Positions 49,974 through 60,116 of a DNA stretch of 64,000 bases are shown here, in pieces. Origin of the DNA: Candidatus Saccharimonadota bacterium (GTDB lineage Bacteria; Patescibacteriota; Saccharimonadia; Saccharimonadales; UBA4665); the NCBI GenBank assembly GCA_003153395.1, contig PLYP01000005.1:21701-85700 (forward strand). The letters are read 5' to 3'. A program made the position numbers and the translations under genes. Each line of letters starts with the position of its first letter. The stretch's first letter is position 1. The notes below the pieces were generated by a model. The model was not told where the DNA came from. It made no database searches and saw nothing but the letters and a program-made list of their open reading frames with translations.

Positions 49974-51266
49974 ATGCAAGAAGATTACAAAGTAAAAGAT
50001 ATAAAACTAGCCGAATGGGGCAGAAAAGAAATCAACTTAGCTGAAAAAGAAATGCCCGGTCTTATGGCTCTGAGAAAAGAATACGGCGAGAGCCAACCTT
50101 TAAAAGGTGCCCGGATTGCTGGATGTATCCATATGACCATTCAGACTGCAGTGTTAGTTGAAACCCTTCAGGCCTTAGGAGCTAATGTCAGGTGGTCATC
50201 CTGTAATATTTTTTCAACACAAGATGAGGCAGCAGCTGCAATTGCGGCAAAGGGAACACCGGTATTTGCCTGGAAAGGCGAATCAGAAGAAGAATACTGG
50301 TGGTGCATAGAGCAAACACTCGACTTTGGTGATGGCTTAGGCCCTAACATGCTGCTTGATGATGGTGGAGATCTCACGGCATTAGTACATGATAAAAAAC
50401 CGGAACTACTAAATGATATTAAGGGGGTAACGGAAGAAACAACGACTGGCGTTAAACAGTTAGAACGCTTTTTTAAAGATGGCTCCCTTAAATTACCTTC
50501 TATAAATATTAATGATAGTGTGACGAAGTCTAAATTCGATAACCTATACGGTTGCCGTGAATCACTAATGGACGGTATTAAGCGAGCAACCGACATAATG
50601 ATAGCCGGTAAGGTAGCGCTTGTTGCGGGCTACGGTGATGTTGGTAAAGGCTGCGCCCAATCATTAAGAGCTTTTGGTTGCCGAGTTCTAATAAGCGAGG
50701 TAGACCCAATATGTGCGCTGCAGGCCTTAATGGAAGGTTATGAACTAGTAACACTAGAAACGGCCGCGGAAATTGCCGATATTTTTGTAACTGCAACTGG
50801 CTGCAAGGATGTTATTACTATAGATCATCTCAAAAAAATGAAAGATACAGCAATAGTTTGTAATATTGGTCATTTTGACCACGAAATACAGGTCAAAGAA
50901 CTTAATGAGCTCCAGGGAGTTCAAAAAGAGACTATAAAGCCCTTAGTTGATTCTTATAAGTTACCAAACGGTAACCGAATAATAGTACTATCTGAGGGAA
51001 GACTGGTTAACTTAGGTAACGCTACTGGACATTCTTCTTTTGTCATGTCTTGCTCCTTTACTAATCAGGTCCTGGGACAAATTGAACTATTTACAAAGCA
51101 GTATGCAATAGGCGTACACCTGCTGCCTAAAGAATTAGATGAGAAAGTAGCTACGCTACATGTAGAAGCTTTAGGCGGCGCAATATCACGTCTAAGCAGC
51201 GAACAGGCTGAGTACTTGGATCTATCGGTCAACGGACCTTTTAAGTCCGAGCGTTACCGTTATTAG
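49974..51266 (+). CDS. ahcY: Adenosylhomocysteinase
   Basis: [58 protein letters not shown]. Confidence 0.98.
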   Translation: MQEDYKVKDIKLAEWGRKEINLAEKEMPGLMALRKEYGESQPLKGARIAGCIHMTIQTAVLVETLQALGANVRWSSCNIFSTQDEAAAAIAAKGTPVFAWKGESEEEYWWCIEQTLDFGDGLGPNMLLDDGGDLTALVHDKKPELLNDIKGVTEETTTGVKQLERFFKDGSLKLPSININDSVTKSKFDNLYGCRESLMDGIKRATDIMIAGKVALVAGYGDVGKGCAQSLRAFGCRVLISEVDPICALQALMEGYELVTLETAAEIADIFVTATGCKDVITIDHLKKMKDTAIVCNIGHFDHEIQVKELNELQGVQKETIKPLVDSYKLPNGNRIIVLSEGRLVNLGNATGHSSFVMSCSFTNQVLGQIELFTKQYAIGVHLLPKELDEKVATLHVEALGGAISRLSSEQAEYLDLSVNGPFKSERYRY

Positions 51267-52389
51267 GTCTCAAGCTTGATGGATACATAAATTCGGGCCA
51301 TAAAAACGGACTAAGGGTTGCGATCAGTCCTGCGATGCTCTCCAGATAGAAAAGTATAAAGGTAATAGGAATACCTAGGGTGTAGTTAATCTTAGTATGG
51401 AAACTACGATGACTATCACTCCAGACAGCTAAGATCAAAAATACAGTTAATAGTCCCCAAGACAATAGTAGTAAAGTGGGCTCGTGAAGTGAGATTGCCA
51501 AATATATAAGATAGCCAATTAAAATAGGCACAAAGATACTAGTAATAATTTCAATAATTAAAATAGGCCATAATATAGATTTACTTACGTAGAATTTTAG
51601 CTTTTCTAATTTGATTTTACTTTTATTTAATAGTAGGCCGCCAAATGTATTAATTGCTGGAGCATAAAGGATGATAGAGTCGTCAAATATTACTTTAGGA
51701 TTAACTGTCTTATTTTTAGTATTAAAAGTTGTATTAAAAATATCTCGCTTTAATATGACCGCATCTTGACTAAAGTTAATTCCCACTAAGTTCTTAGACT
51801 TATTCGAACGTAACTCAACTGAGTTTAAGTATGATTGAAATAATGAAGTCAGTGTGTAGTTTGTCTTTGATATAAATCTAGGGGACAGAGCCTGAATAGT
51901 TCCATCTCTATTTATCCTATCTACAAATTCTTTGATAGTAGTTTTTTCTACTATTACTTCTGGTCTAAGTAGTAATACTAAATCCCCTTTTCCGTAAGAC
52001 TTAAATACACGGTATTTGTCCGGATTAGATATAGACCGCTTTCGTTTTACTACTAATCTTATACTCTGCTTAGTATTAGCTTTGATGAAGCTACCCACTA
52101 TTTTCTTCGTGGAGTCTTTGGAATTATTATCGATAATAATTATTTCGTATTTTTTATAACTGCTCTTAATAATGCTATTTAACGCATTCTCAATTACTTT
52201 TTCGCTGTTACGAGTATTAATGAGTATCGTTACTAATGGTCGTTTATAATATTTTTTATTTAAACTATTCCTTTTACGTTTTTGGGTTTGAACATCATAA
52301 ATATTGGCACCAATAACACTACTTACCGCCTGAATAATAAACAGCACGGCACTGAGTAACAGAATTGGAATAATGAAGTTGTCAAACAT
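51241..52389 (-). CDS. GT2 glycosyltransferase-like membrane protein (degenerate)
   Basis: [21 protein letters not shown]; DxD and QxxRW not recognisable; C-terminal TM segments. Confidence 0.7.
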   Translation of the reverse strand: MFDNFIIPILLLSAVLFIIQAVSSVIGANIYDVQTQKRKRNSLNKKYYKRPLVTILINTRNSEKVIENALNSIIKSSYKKYEIIIIDNNSKDSTKKIVGSFIKANTKQSIRLVVKRKRSISNPDKYRVFKSYGKGDLVLLLRPEVIVEKTTIKEFVDRINRDGTIQALSPRFISKTNYTLTSLFQSYLNSVELRSNKSKNLVGINFSQDAVILKRDIFNTTFNTKNKTVNPKVIFDDSIILYAPAINTFGGLLLNKSKIKLEKLKFYVSKSILWPILIIEIITSIFVPILIGYLIYLAISLHEPTLLLLSWGLLTVFLILAVWSDSHRSFHTKINYTLGIPITFILFYLESIAGLIATLSPFLWPEFMYPSSLRPNNGNART

Positions 52390-53003
52390 TACTGCTCCAC
52401 CTTGTTAAAAACAAAACTATATTCCGTGCGCCATTCATTTAAGCTTCCAGTACAAGTTTGTATAAGTAGAGTGGATGGACCGCTGTAGTTTAGTATCGCA
52501 ACATCATTTGGTCCTATGCTTTGAACACTCGTAAATGTATAGGAAAAGATATGGCCATTAGTTGTATATATTAATGCTTGAGCGCCGGGAGATGGAGTAA
52601 CGTGCCGCAAAGCTCCGAAAACATAATTGTTGTTATGGCCATAAATAAACGTCTGGCCTTCAGTGTTATTAGCTAGGGAACTAATCATGGCAAACTGAGC
52701 GTCATAACCACTCAGCGTCCAAGTGTCCGTAGTACTGTCATAGTAACCGGGAATAATCGGAAGATCTACGCTAGACGCTGGAATTACTATTCTGTTTGGT
52801 AATCCACTTATTACAGGTATTTTTTTAACTAACGGTATATGTGGTTTTTGCTGACTGCGCGTAAGAGAAGCATAACGAGAAGAGTTTAGGGCTGAAACTG
52901 GGTGTACAACATACCAACCGAAACCTATCGTCAAAGCATAGATTATGAAGATTGTTGAATAGAAGCGTAGTTTATACACCCTGGTATTAACCCTGAAGAA
53001 CAT
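52389..53003 (-). CDS. Sortase
   Basis: N-terminal TM, PNRIVIP, YGHN, LIQTC, downstream Arg. Confidence 0.85.
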   Translation of the reverse strand: MFFRVNTRVYKLRFYSTIFIIYALTIGFGWYVVHPVSALNSSRYASLTRSQQKPHIPLVKKIPVISGLPNRIVIPASSVDLPIIPGYYDSTTDTWTLSGYDAQFAMISSLANNTEGQTFIYGHNNNYVFGALRHVTPSPGAQALIYTTNGHIFSYTFTSVQSIGPNDVAILNYSGPSTLLIQTCTGSLNEWRTEYSFVFNKVEQ

Positions 53004-53027
53004 TCCCGCCCCTTAATTTAAGCGTAC

Positions 53028-53585
53028 TTATTTTATAGCAAAGCGTCGATATAGCGTTATGCCAATTTGAGATACAACAAGAGCTAAAGCTATTGATCCG
53101 CCAGCTACTTCTGCTGTCTTCACAGCGCTATTACTTCCTGTTTCTGGTAAAGAAACTACCTTAGGAGCCGGTGTTGCGGCTTTTGCAGCAGGAGCCGGAG
53201 TAACTGTAGTAGTTGTCGCAGTTGGTGTCGGAGTAGTTGTAGTAGTAGTAGATGCAATCTGTACTGGTACACATGGAGTACCTACAGCTATTGTATAGCT
53301 TGACGAGTTACTATTGTTAGAGTTCCCACTACTTGTTACACCCGAATTAGTATTGTCGACAGTGAATACATCTCCAGAATTTGAACTTTGATTATTTGAA
53401 TTTGTAATTTCGATTGTATTATCGCTGCTGCAATCAATATTACTTTCATCAGTGCCTTTACATATATTTGTAGAGCCTGGCCCTGTGTTATTTATATTGC
53501 AACTAATTGTTGCAGCAGACGCCACCCCTGCTGATAAACCTAGTACAAGTGTTAGTGTTGATAATATTGTTGCAATTCGTTTCAC
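53028..53585 (-). CDS. LPXTG cell-wall-anchored surface protein
   Basis: Signal peptide, Asn/Ser-rich domain, Thr/Pro stalk, LPETG, TM, YRRFAIK tail. Confidence 0.88.
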   Translation of the reverse strand: MKRIATILSTLTLVLGLSAGVASAATISCNINNTGPGSTNICKGTDESNIDCSSDNTIEITNSNNQSSNSGDVFTVDNTNSGVTSSGNSNNSNSSSYTIAVGTPCVPVQIASTTTTTTPTPTATTTTVTPAPAAKAATPAPKVVSLPETGSNSAVKTAEVAGGSIALALVVSQIGITLYRRFAIK

Positions 53586-53695
53586 CTTTTTAACCTCCCA
53601 AGTTAATATATGATATAGTTGTACACTATTTCAACATATATGACAATACGTAAATTTACTTATGTAGCATAAGCGTTATGTAGATGTTGTCTTAG

Positions 53696-54154
53696 CTATA
53701 AAGCTTCTAAAGATTTTGCTAGTTGAAGCGCTGCTTCTAGGTGTTCGCCACTTAGATTAGTTCTAGCTACTGCCTGTTCTTCGTTTTCAGTGGTCAGTAT
53801 TCCGAATCCAATAGGTATTTTATTTTCTAGTTCTACTTGAAGTATTCCTTCAGTCGCAATTTTACAGACATAATCAAAGTGAGGAGTTTCTCCCCTAATA
53901 ATGCAGCCTATGGCAAGTAATACGTTATATCTACCGGTTTCGGCCATCATTTTTAATGCTAGGGGAATTTCTGCGGCTCCGGCTACTCGTACAGTGTTAG
54001 TATTAGCTCCAGATATTTTGTATTTATTAGCAGTAATTAGAGCACTTTTATAAAGTTCTTCAGTAATATGATAATTGAACTGCGATAGAACTATGCCTAT
54101 TTTCCAATTACTTGCATCAAATACTTCAAATTCCGCAGTTTTAGCTTTTTGCAT
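53696..54154 (-). CDS. ribH: 6,7-dimethyl-8-ribityllumazine synthase
   Basis: SQFN, GAAEIP, IGCIIRGETPHFDYV, PIGFGILT, EQAVAR. Confidence 0.94.
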   Translation of the reverse strand: MQKAKTAEFEVFDASNWKIGIVLSQFNYHITEELYKSALITANKYKISGANTNTVRVAGAAEIPLALKMMAETGRYNVLLAIGCIIRGETPHFDYVCKIATEGILQVELENKIPIGFGILTTENEEQAVARTNLSGEHLEAALQLAKSLEAL

Positions 54155-54743
54155 CTTGCTCCCAATTTTTAATAGCGTTTACTACATATTTTCCTAATAT
54201 ATCGAACTCTAGGTTTACATGGTCTCCAGACTCAAGAGTGCCTAGCGTAGTATGCTCTAAAGTATATGGTACCAGCGAAACCTCAAACCACCCATCTAAT
54301 ATCTTACTTATTGTTAGCGCCACGCCGTTTACGCAGATTGACCCTTTGTATACGATAAGGGAACGATTTAAAGCGCCAAACTTAATTCGTAAAATTTTAT
54401 TTTCATCATTAGATACTGTTAATATTTCTCCTAATTGATCAACATGCCCCTGGACTATATGACCGTCTAGCCGATCACCAACTTTTACCGCACGCTCCAG
54501 ATTTACGAAATCCGGAAAGCTTATGCCAAAGGTACTAACACTTAAAGTTTCCTCGACAACCATGCAGGAAAAACTATTTTCATTTATTTCAGCAATTGTT
54601 AGGCATACACCATCTACAGATATAGAATCTCCTAGCGATACGTCTGACCAATTGCTAGGTAGATCAATCGTAATCTTCACAATTTCCGATAACTTTTCGG
54701 TACTAGTAATTTTAGAAGTAGTAGCTATTATTCCTGTAAACAT
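54141..54743 (-). CDS. ribE: Riboflavin synthase
   Basis: MFTGII, GDSISVDGVCLT, VNLER, GHIVQGHVD, VNLEFD. Confidence 0.95.
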   Translation of the reverse strand: MFTGIIATTSKITSTEKLSEIVKITIDLPSNWSDVSLGDSISVDGVCLTIAEINENSFSCMVVEETLSVSTFGISFPDFVNLERAVKVGDRLDGHIVQGHVDQLGEILTVSNDENKILRIKFGALNRSLIVYKGSICVNGVALTISKILDGWFEVSLVPYTLEHTTLGTLESGDHVNLEFDILGKYVVNAIKNWEQDAKS

Positions 54744-54784
54744 TGATTCCTTCAAAAGAATTGTAGCCTTCAGCTTAGCAATTC

Positions 54785-55156
54785 TTAGCTTTTAAACCAA
54801 GCGCGGGCAACTCTTTCATCCTCTCTCATTACCTTTAAAAGTTGCTGAATATTATCAAACTTTATATTTGATCTATGAAATTTTAAAATCTTAACTTTAA
54901 TATTTTTGTCATAATAATCTAGGTCTGGAATATCCAGTAAGTGAACTTCTACTCTACGACTTTTATCACCCATAGTTGTTGGAACACCGATAAATATAAG
55001 TGCTGGATTATCGCTAAATTTATCCAAATTTGCCCTGCCGAAATAAACTCCGTCGGCCAGATCCGTATCCTCGCTTAAATTTGCGGTAGGATAACCAAGC
55101 TTTCGGCCGTTGCCTTTAAAGCGCTTGGTCTTTCCTTCAATATCTATAGGTATCAT
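54785..55156 (-). CDS. Stand-alone riboflavin kinase (RibF C-terminal domain)
   Basis: GRKLGYPTAN, GVY, EVHLLD; no FAD synthetase domain. Confidence 0.88.
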   Translation of the reverse strand: MIPIDIEGKTKRFKGNGRKLGYPTANLSEDTDLADGVYFGRANLDKFSDNPALIFIGVPTTMGDKSRRVEVHLLDIPDLDYYDKNIKVKILKFHRSNIKFDNIQQLLKVMREDERVARAWFKS

Positions 55157-55170
55157 ATTGGGGTAATAAT

Positions 55171-55797
55171 TTACTGAAGCTTACTATTAGGAATTGTCAT
55201 TAGTAGTCTTGTATCTTCCACTTCGTTTCCATTTAAAGTTTTCCTCTTAGATGACGTCGCAGAAACTATCTCGAAACCTATTTTTTTATAAACATGAACT
55301 GCGCCCGCATTTGAGCTCCATGTAGCTAACCAAATATTCTGAGCGCCGTAGATAGCATTCGATCCATAAATAACGACAGATGAAAAAGGAGTCGCTAGAC
55401 CTTTGCCTTGGTAACTTGTGCCAACTCTTAGTGCAAAAGTTACATCCCCCTTATCTACTTGGTTATTTTTTTCTTTACCCACCCATCCGTATCCCGCTAG
55501 ATTTAACTCATCTCCGTTATTTTCTACTAAAAGAAAAACTGCTTTTTCTTTTTTTAGCCATTTATTAATAGTTTCTAAATTAGTAAATCTTGTTTCGGAG
55601 TCGTTTGGACAGTATTCCTTGATGGCATCTTCTTTTGCCATCTCTATAAGCTGGTCCGTAAATTCTTCACTTATGCCTAAGTGGACTTCAAAGCCCTTCT
55701 GACTTAACACGTTAAGTGACTCATTGCATTTTTCTCCATATTCACCACTTATTAAGGTTGTAGTAACTTTAGCCAGTTTAGTTGGGAAATCTTTCAT
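55171..55797 (-). CDS. GNAT family N-acetyltransferase
   Basis: YQGKGLA, NAGAVHVYKKIGF. Confidence 0.85.
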   Translation of the reverse strand: MKDFPTKLAKVTTTLISGEYGEKCNESLNVLSQKGFEVHLGISEEFTDQLIEMAKEDAIKEYCPNDSETRFTNLETINKWLKKEKAVFLLVENNGDELNLAGYGWVGKEKNNQVDKGDVTFALRVGTSYQGKGLATPFSSVVIYGSNAIYGAQNIWLATWSSNAGAVHVYKKIGFEIVSATSSKRKTLNGNEVEDTRLLMTIPNSKLQ

Positions 55798-57095
55798 GCC
55801 TCTAATAGTTCCTTTAATTCGTTTGCGAAGTCTCTTGCAAGCGTTTCTGCGTTTTCAGCTTCCACCATTATTCTTACTACTGGTTCGGTTCCTGAAGGTC
55901 TAATAAGTATTCTGCCGTTAACTGGTAGCTGGAGCTTCTTACTTTCTATCCAATTTTTAATTTCTGCACGTTCTAATATGGTTTTATCTATTAATTCTAC
56001 ATTCTCTATTGCCTGGGGGACAAGCCTAACTTCTTGGCACCACTCAGCAAGTGTCTTACCTGATTCACTCAGCGCTTTAAGAGTTTGAACAGCCGCTAAG
56101 ATTCCGTCTCCAGTCGCTAAAATATCAAATAATACGATATGTCCCGACGCTTCGCCACCGAGCTTTAGCCCGTCTTCTTTTAGTTTTTCAATGACAAAAT
56201 GATCACCTACATCTGTTCGGATTAAATTAATGCCTTTATTTTGTAGGGCTTTTTCGAACCCAATGTTGGACATTACAGTAGCTACGACATCCTTTATTCC
56301 ATTTGCTAGTGCCAGAATATATAAAATATAATCGCCTTTAACTTCACGTCCAAGATTATCTACCATAATTACTCTGTCAGCATCACCATCGAAGGCTATA
56401 CCTATAAAGCATTGCTGCTCCACTACTATTTTCTGTAGCTCACTAGTATCAGTAGCTCCGCAGTTCTGATTAATGTTCCGTCCGTCCGGCTTATTAGATA
56501 GAACTATTACATCTACCTTTAAGCTCTTGAATACTTTTTCAGCTATATCACTAGCTGAACCATTTGCGCAATCTATAGCGATTTTTTTACCGCTTAAATC
56601 TAATCCTCTTACGCTGCCAAGTAAGAAGTTTATATAATCACTAACTAAACTATTATCTTTATCTAGGCTGCCTGTTTGTAGTGACTCAATATTTGACTGT
56701 ATTAGCTCGTTAAGTCTGGACTCTATTTGCGAGGAGAGTTTATCGCCGTTAGCATCAAACACTTTTACACCATTATATTGGTAGGGGTTATGACTAGCAG
56801 TGACCATAATTCCCGCCTTAAAGTTTTTACCTTCACGAGTAGTGTAAGCTAGCCCTGGTGTTGTAATAACACCGAGCTCGATTACGTTAATTCCCATCTC
56901 AACTAGACCCTTACAAATACTCGCAACAATTACTTTGCTTGATTCTCTTGGATCATATCCGATTGCAATATGATCGCCTACACCTGCAAACTGCAGAGCG
57001 ACTGCCTTGCCTATATGAATAGCCCCCTCGGTGTCTAGCGGGTATTCATTGGCCAGTCCTCTTACGCCATCGGTACCAAACAAGTTCTTTGTCAT
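55794..57095 (-). CDS. glmM: Phosphoglucosamine mutase
   Basis: FGTDGVRG, TASHNP, DGDADR, VGDH, GGEASGH, RPSGTEP. Confidence 0.95.
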   Translation of the reverse strand: MTKNLFGTDGVRGLANEYPLDTEGAIHIGKAVALQFAGVGDHIAIGYDPRESSKVIVASICKGLVEMGINVIELGVITTPGLAYTTREGKNFKAGIMVTASHNPYQYNGVKVFDANGDKLSSQIESRLNELIQSNIESLQTGSLDKDNSLVSDYINFLLGSVRGLDLSGKKIAIDCANGSASDIAEKVFKSLKVDVIVLSNKPDGRNINQNCGATDTSELQKIVVEQQCFIGIAFDGDADRVIMVDNLGREVKGDYILYILALANGIKDVVATVMSNIGFEKALQNKGINLIRTDVGDHFVIEKLKEDGLKLGGEASGHIVLFDILATGDGILAAVQTLKALSESGKTLAEWCQEVRLVPQAIENVELIDKTILERAEIKNWIESKKLQLPVNGRILIRPSGTEPVVRIMVEAENAETLARDFANELKELLEA

Positions 57096-57313
57096 ATTAG
57101 ATAAAAAATTTGGATATTAAATTATTCCGGTCTCTTTTAATTAATACTAACTAGTATACCTGTTAGCAATATATGAAGAAATGCTTCCGACATAAATATC
57201 AATATATGGATGTAATAAATAAAATGAAAAATATTATGGAGCTAATACTTTTAAACGTTATAATGAATTTAATAATATTAACTAAACACACTACTAAAAA
57301 GAGGATTACCTTC

Positions 57314-57919
57314 ATGTTTACACTACCAGATTTACCTTACGGATATGATGCATTCGGCAAATATATAAGTAAAAATATTATGGAGCTTCACCATTCGAAA
57401 CATCATCAAACTTATGTGGATAATGTTAACAAAGCTCTGGAAAAAGCACCGGAGCTGGCAGGAAAAAGCATTGAAGAGCTAATCACTAACCTAGACGAAG
57501 CCCCCGAGAGTGTTCGCTCTATAATAAGAAACCACGGAGGTGGTCATTATAATCACAGCCTGTTCTGGCAGTTTATGACTCCTGATGGCCATGGTCAGCC
57601 AAATGGTAATTTAGGACCAGCGCTTAATGAGAAATACGGAGATTTTCAAAGCTTCATGGATGAATTCGGGGCTAAGGCTCTCGGGGTATTCGGTAGCGGA
57701 TGGGCCTGGCTAATGCCTGATCTTTCTATTACTACTACTCCTAACCAGGATTCACCAATTATGGAGGGTAGTCCTCCTCCATTATTAGGTTTAGACGTAT
57801 GGGAACATGCTTATTATTTGGATTACACATATAAGCGAGCCGACTACATTAAAGCTTGGTGGAATGTAGTTAACTGGACGGAAGCTGAAAAAAGATTCGA
57901 CGCCGCCAACAGTCAGTAA
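57314..57919 (+). CDS. sodA: Fe/Mn superoxide dismutase
   Basis: MFTLPDLPY, HHSKHH, GGGHYNH, FGSGWAWL, DVWEHAYY; start placed at 57314. Confidence 0.95.
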   Translation: MFTLPDLPYGYDAFGKYISKNIMELHHSKHHQTYVDNVNKALEKAPELAGKSIEELITNLDEAPESVRSIIRNHGGGHYNHSLFWQFMTPDGHGQPNGNLGPALNEKYGDFQSFMDEFGAKALGVFGSGWAWLMPDLSITTTPNQDSPIMEGSPPPLLGLDVWEHAYYLDYTYKRADYIKAWWNVVNWTEAEKRFDAANSQ

Positions 57920-57976
57920 ATTACTCCTTAAAGTATTCTTAATTAATCTTCTGGATAAATTATCAAACTAGTGCCA

Positions 57977-58099
57977 ATGGGACTGGGACTGGCGATTATA
58001 AAACAATATGTATACGAGGATTTTAATGGATCTATCGAAGTTATGTGTAGTGCAAGACTAGGTACTAAATTTATCATTACTCTTAATAAACGGTATTAA
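57977..58099 (+). pseudogene. Histidine kinase HATPase_c C-terminal remnant
   Basis: MGLGLAIIKQYVYEDFNGSIEVMCSARLGTKFIITL (G2 box and final strands); the rest of the gene is absent. Confidence 0.7.
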
Positions 58100-58214
58100 C
58101 AGGTTAAGTGTTGTAAAAATATATGTGAAAATATTTACATATATTCTTCAAGGACAAGCGTAATATACATATATTGTTAATGAGCGATCTAAACGAAAAG
58201 GCTATACTATATAA

Positions 58215-58640
58215 GTGTCAGATTATTTTTTAGATAATACTAAAATAAAATATGGTTTGGAGACTAAAGTTTTAATACCTATATTAGCTATTACGCTATT
58301 CTGCTTTAGCTTTCTTTTAATGCAAGCTAAGCCGCACCAGTTGTTATTAAGCCATACGAAGTCTTCTCCTGCGCTCAATAATGCTAAAGTTATCAATCTG
58401 CCCCAGAAGCTGCCAACTCTATCAGTTTCCTCTAGCTCAATTAACGCTGCTAACCCTTCGTCAACCGTAACACCCCAAGTTTCTAATCAGATGACTGTCT
58501 CTCCAAATGTAAATCACGTGCAATCAGTTCCCAAAACTATCACGACCCCAGTTATTAACCTGCATAAAACTGATGATAACTTAATTAAATCTGTTAATCT
58601 AAATAACGAAATAAGTCCACTAAACAGTTTATTGCCCTAG
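58215..58640 (+). CDS. Single-TM Ser/Pro-rich hypothetical protein
   Basis: One TM followed by a low-complexity tail. Confidence 0.55.
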   Translation: MSDYFLDNTKIKYGLETKVLIPILAITLFCFSFLLMQAKPHQLLLSHTKSSPALNNAKVINLPQKLPTLSVSSSSINAANPSSTVTPQVSNQMTVSPNVNHVQSVPKTITTPVINLHKTDDNLIKSVNLNNEISPLNSLLP

Positions 58641-58651
58641 ATTTAGTTAAT

Positions 58652-59302
58652 CTATTTGTCTCTACTTTCCTTATCTCTCCATTTTTGTATCTCGCCGTGA
58701 TGACCGCTTAATAAAATATCAGGTACTTTCATACCTTTAAAGACTTCGGGACGGGTATACTGCGGAAATTCTATGTTATTGTCGTCTTTCTGAAATGACT
58801 CTATTTCTGCGGACATATTTCCACCTAAGACTCCAGGTATAAGCCTGACAACAGAATCAATTATTACCATAGCCGGCAGTTCGCCACCCGTTAAGACATA
58901 GTTACCTATACAATAGCTTTGATCGATCCAATTAGTTATTCTCTCGTCGTATCCTTCATATCTTGGGCAAACAATTATTATTCCGCTAAGGTCCTTAGCT
59001 AGCTTCTTGGCATGAGACTGCTTATACACCTTACCTCGCGGAGTGGGAAGTATTACTACAGCTCCTGGATCATTTGCTTTAGCAACTTCAATAGCTGCGA
59101 CTATTGGTTCAGGTTTAAGCAACATCCCATCCCCACCTCCATAAGGTGTGTCGTCAACCTGCTGGCGAGGTCCTAAACCGAAATCTCTAAGATTAATATA
59201 TTCAAAGCTAACAAGCTTCTTTTCCTGGGCTTTAAATAACATGCTGCTACCCAGCACACCTTCAAACATTTCTGGGAATAAAGTAATTACCTGTATCTTC
59301 AT
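58652..59302 (-). CDS. trmD: tRNA (guanine37-N1)-methyltransferase
   Basis: MKIQVITLFP, VDDTPYGGG, RYEGYDER, IGNYVLTGGE, PQYTRP. Confidence 0.97.
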   Translation of the reverse strand: MKIQVITLFPEMFEGVLGSSMLFKAQEKKLVSFEYINLRDFGLGPRQQVDDTPYGGGDGMLLKPEPIVAAIEVAKANDPGAVVILPTPRGKVYKQSHAKKLAKDLSGIIIVCPRYEGYDERITNWIDQSYCIGNYVLTGGELPAMVIIDSVVRLIPGVLGGNMSAEIESFQKDDNNIEFPQYTRPEVFKGMKVPDILLSGHHGEIQKWRDKESRDK

Positions 59303-59325
59303 TAGATCACTATTGTAGCAAACCA

Positions 59326-59369
59326 AAACAACCCTCGTCTGAAGTAATTAACTTCACTGAGGGTTGTTT
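59326..59369 (-). terminator. Long hairpin, probable terminator downstream of khpA
   Basis: AAACAACCCTC...GAGGGTTGTTT 11-bp stem with inner GAAGT/ACTTC; U-rich tail on the minus strand. Confidence 0.55.
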
Positions 59370-59504
59370 CGTCACATAAAGCTCCCATCACTGGTGATGG
59401 CTCGCAATGAGCTTTTTATATTTTTGTTTTATCGTATAGTCAGTCTTGACTAGAGCCCATTATACAAACTAACCATACACTGAGCAAGTTATAATTTATA
59501 TTTA

Positions 59505-60005
59505 CTAAACATCAAGATCATCTAGATCTGCAAGTTCTTCCCGGGCCTGACGTAGCCTATCGCTAGTCTTTTCTTCATCTGTCGCTTTAGCAGGTTCAGC
59601 GTCTTGCTGTGGTTCAGCTTCCGCGACCGGTTCTTCATTGACGTCGGTGACTTCCTGAGCTTCTTCAGGCTTAGCATCGTCTTGTGGTTCTGATCCAGCG
59701 CTTACAGCCGTGTCATCACTTCTATTATCCGATGGCTGAGAGCTTGAATGACCGCCGGTCCCGTTATCTATGATTTTAAGGTTATAGCGAGCATCATTTT
59801 TGGTACCGAGCGCTCTTAGCAGAGTTCTTAGTGACTGAGCAGTTGCACCACGCTTACCAATAACTCGACCTAGATCTTCTGGGTCGACTGTAAGTTCAAG
59901 TAGTACACCTTTTTCATCTATGCGGCGATCAATATGAACCGCATCTGGATTTCCTACTAACGACTTAACTACATATTCAATAAATTGTTGGTCAATTTCA
60001 CTCAC
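59505..60005 (-). CDS. khpA: KH-domain RNA-binding protein with acidic tail
   Basis: EYVVKSLV, DLGRVIGKRG; follows rpsP. Confidence 0.9.
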   Translation of the reverse strand: MSEIDQQFIEYVVKSLVGNPDAVHIDRRIDEKGVLLELTVDPEDLGRVIGKRGATAQSLRTLLRALGTKNDARYNLKIIDNGTGGHSSSQPSDNRSDDTAVSAGSEPQDDAKPEEAQEVTDVNEEPVAEAEPQQDAEPAKATDEEKTSDRLRQAREELADLDDLDV

Positions 60006-60116
60006 GATTTGGACTCCTCTAGTATGGTCTAATTCTGCTGGACGACATTTACTACTTTATAAATTATAGCAAAAATTGACTTTAAATGTGTGAAAAATTT
60101 GGCTAAGAATTAAAAT

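Noticed and set aside
54756..55170. FMN riboswitch for the rib genes
   Set aside because: There is no intergenic space and no RFN consensus visible.
57173..57313. 47-aa N-terminal extension of SOD in the ORF track
   Set aside because: It is AT-rich promoter DNA; the family-typical start is MFTLPDL at 57314.
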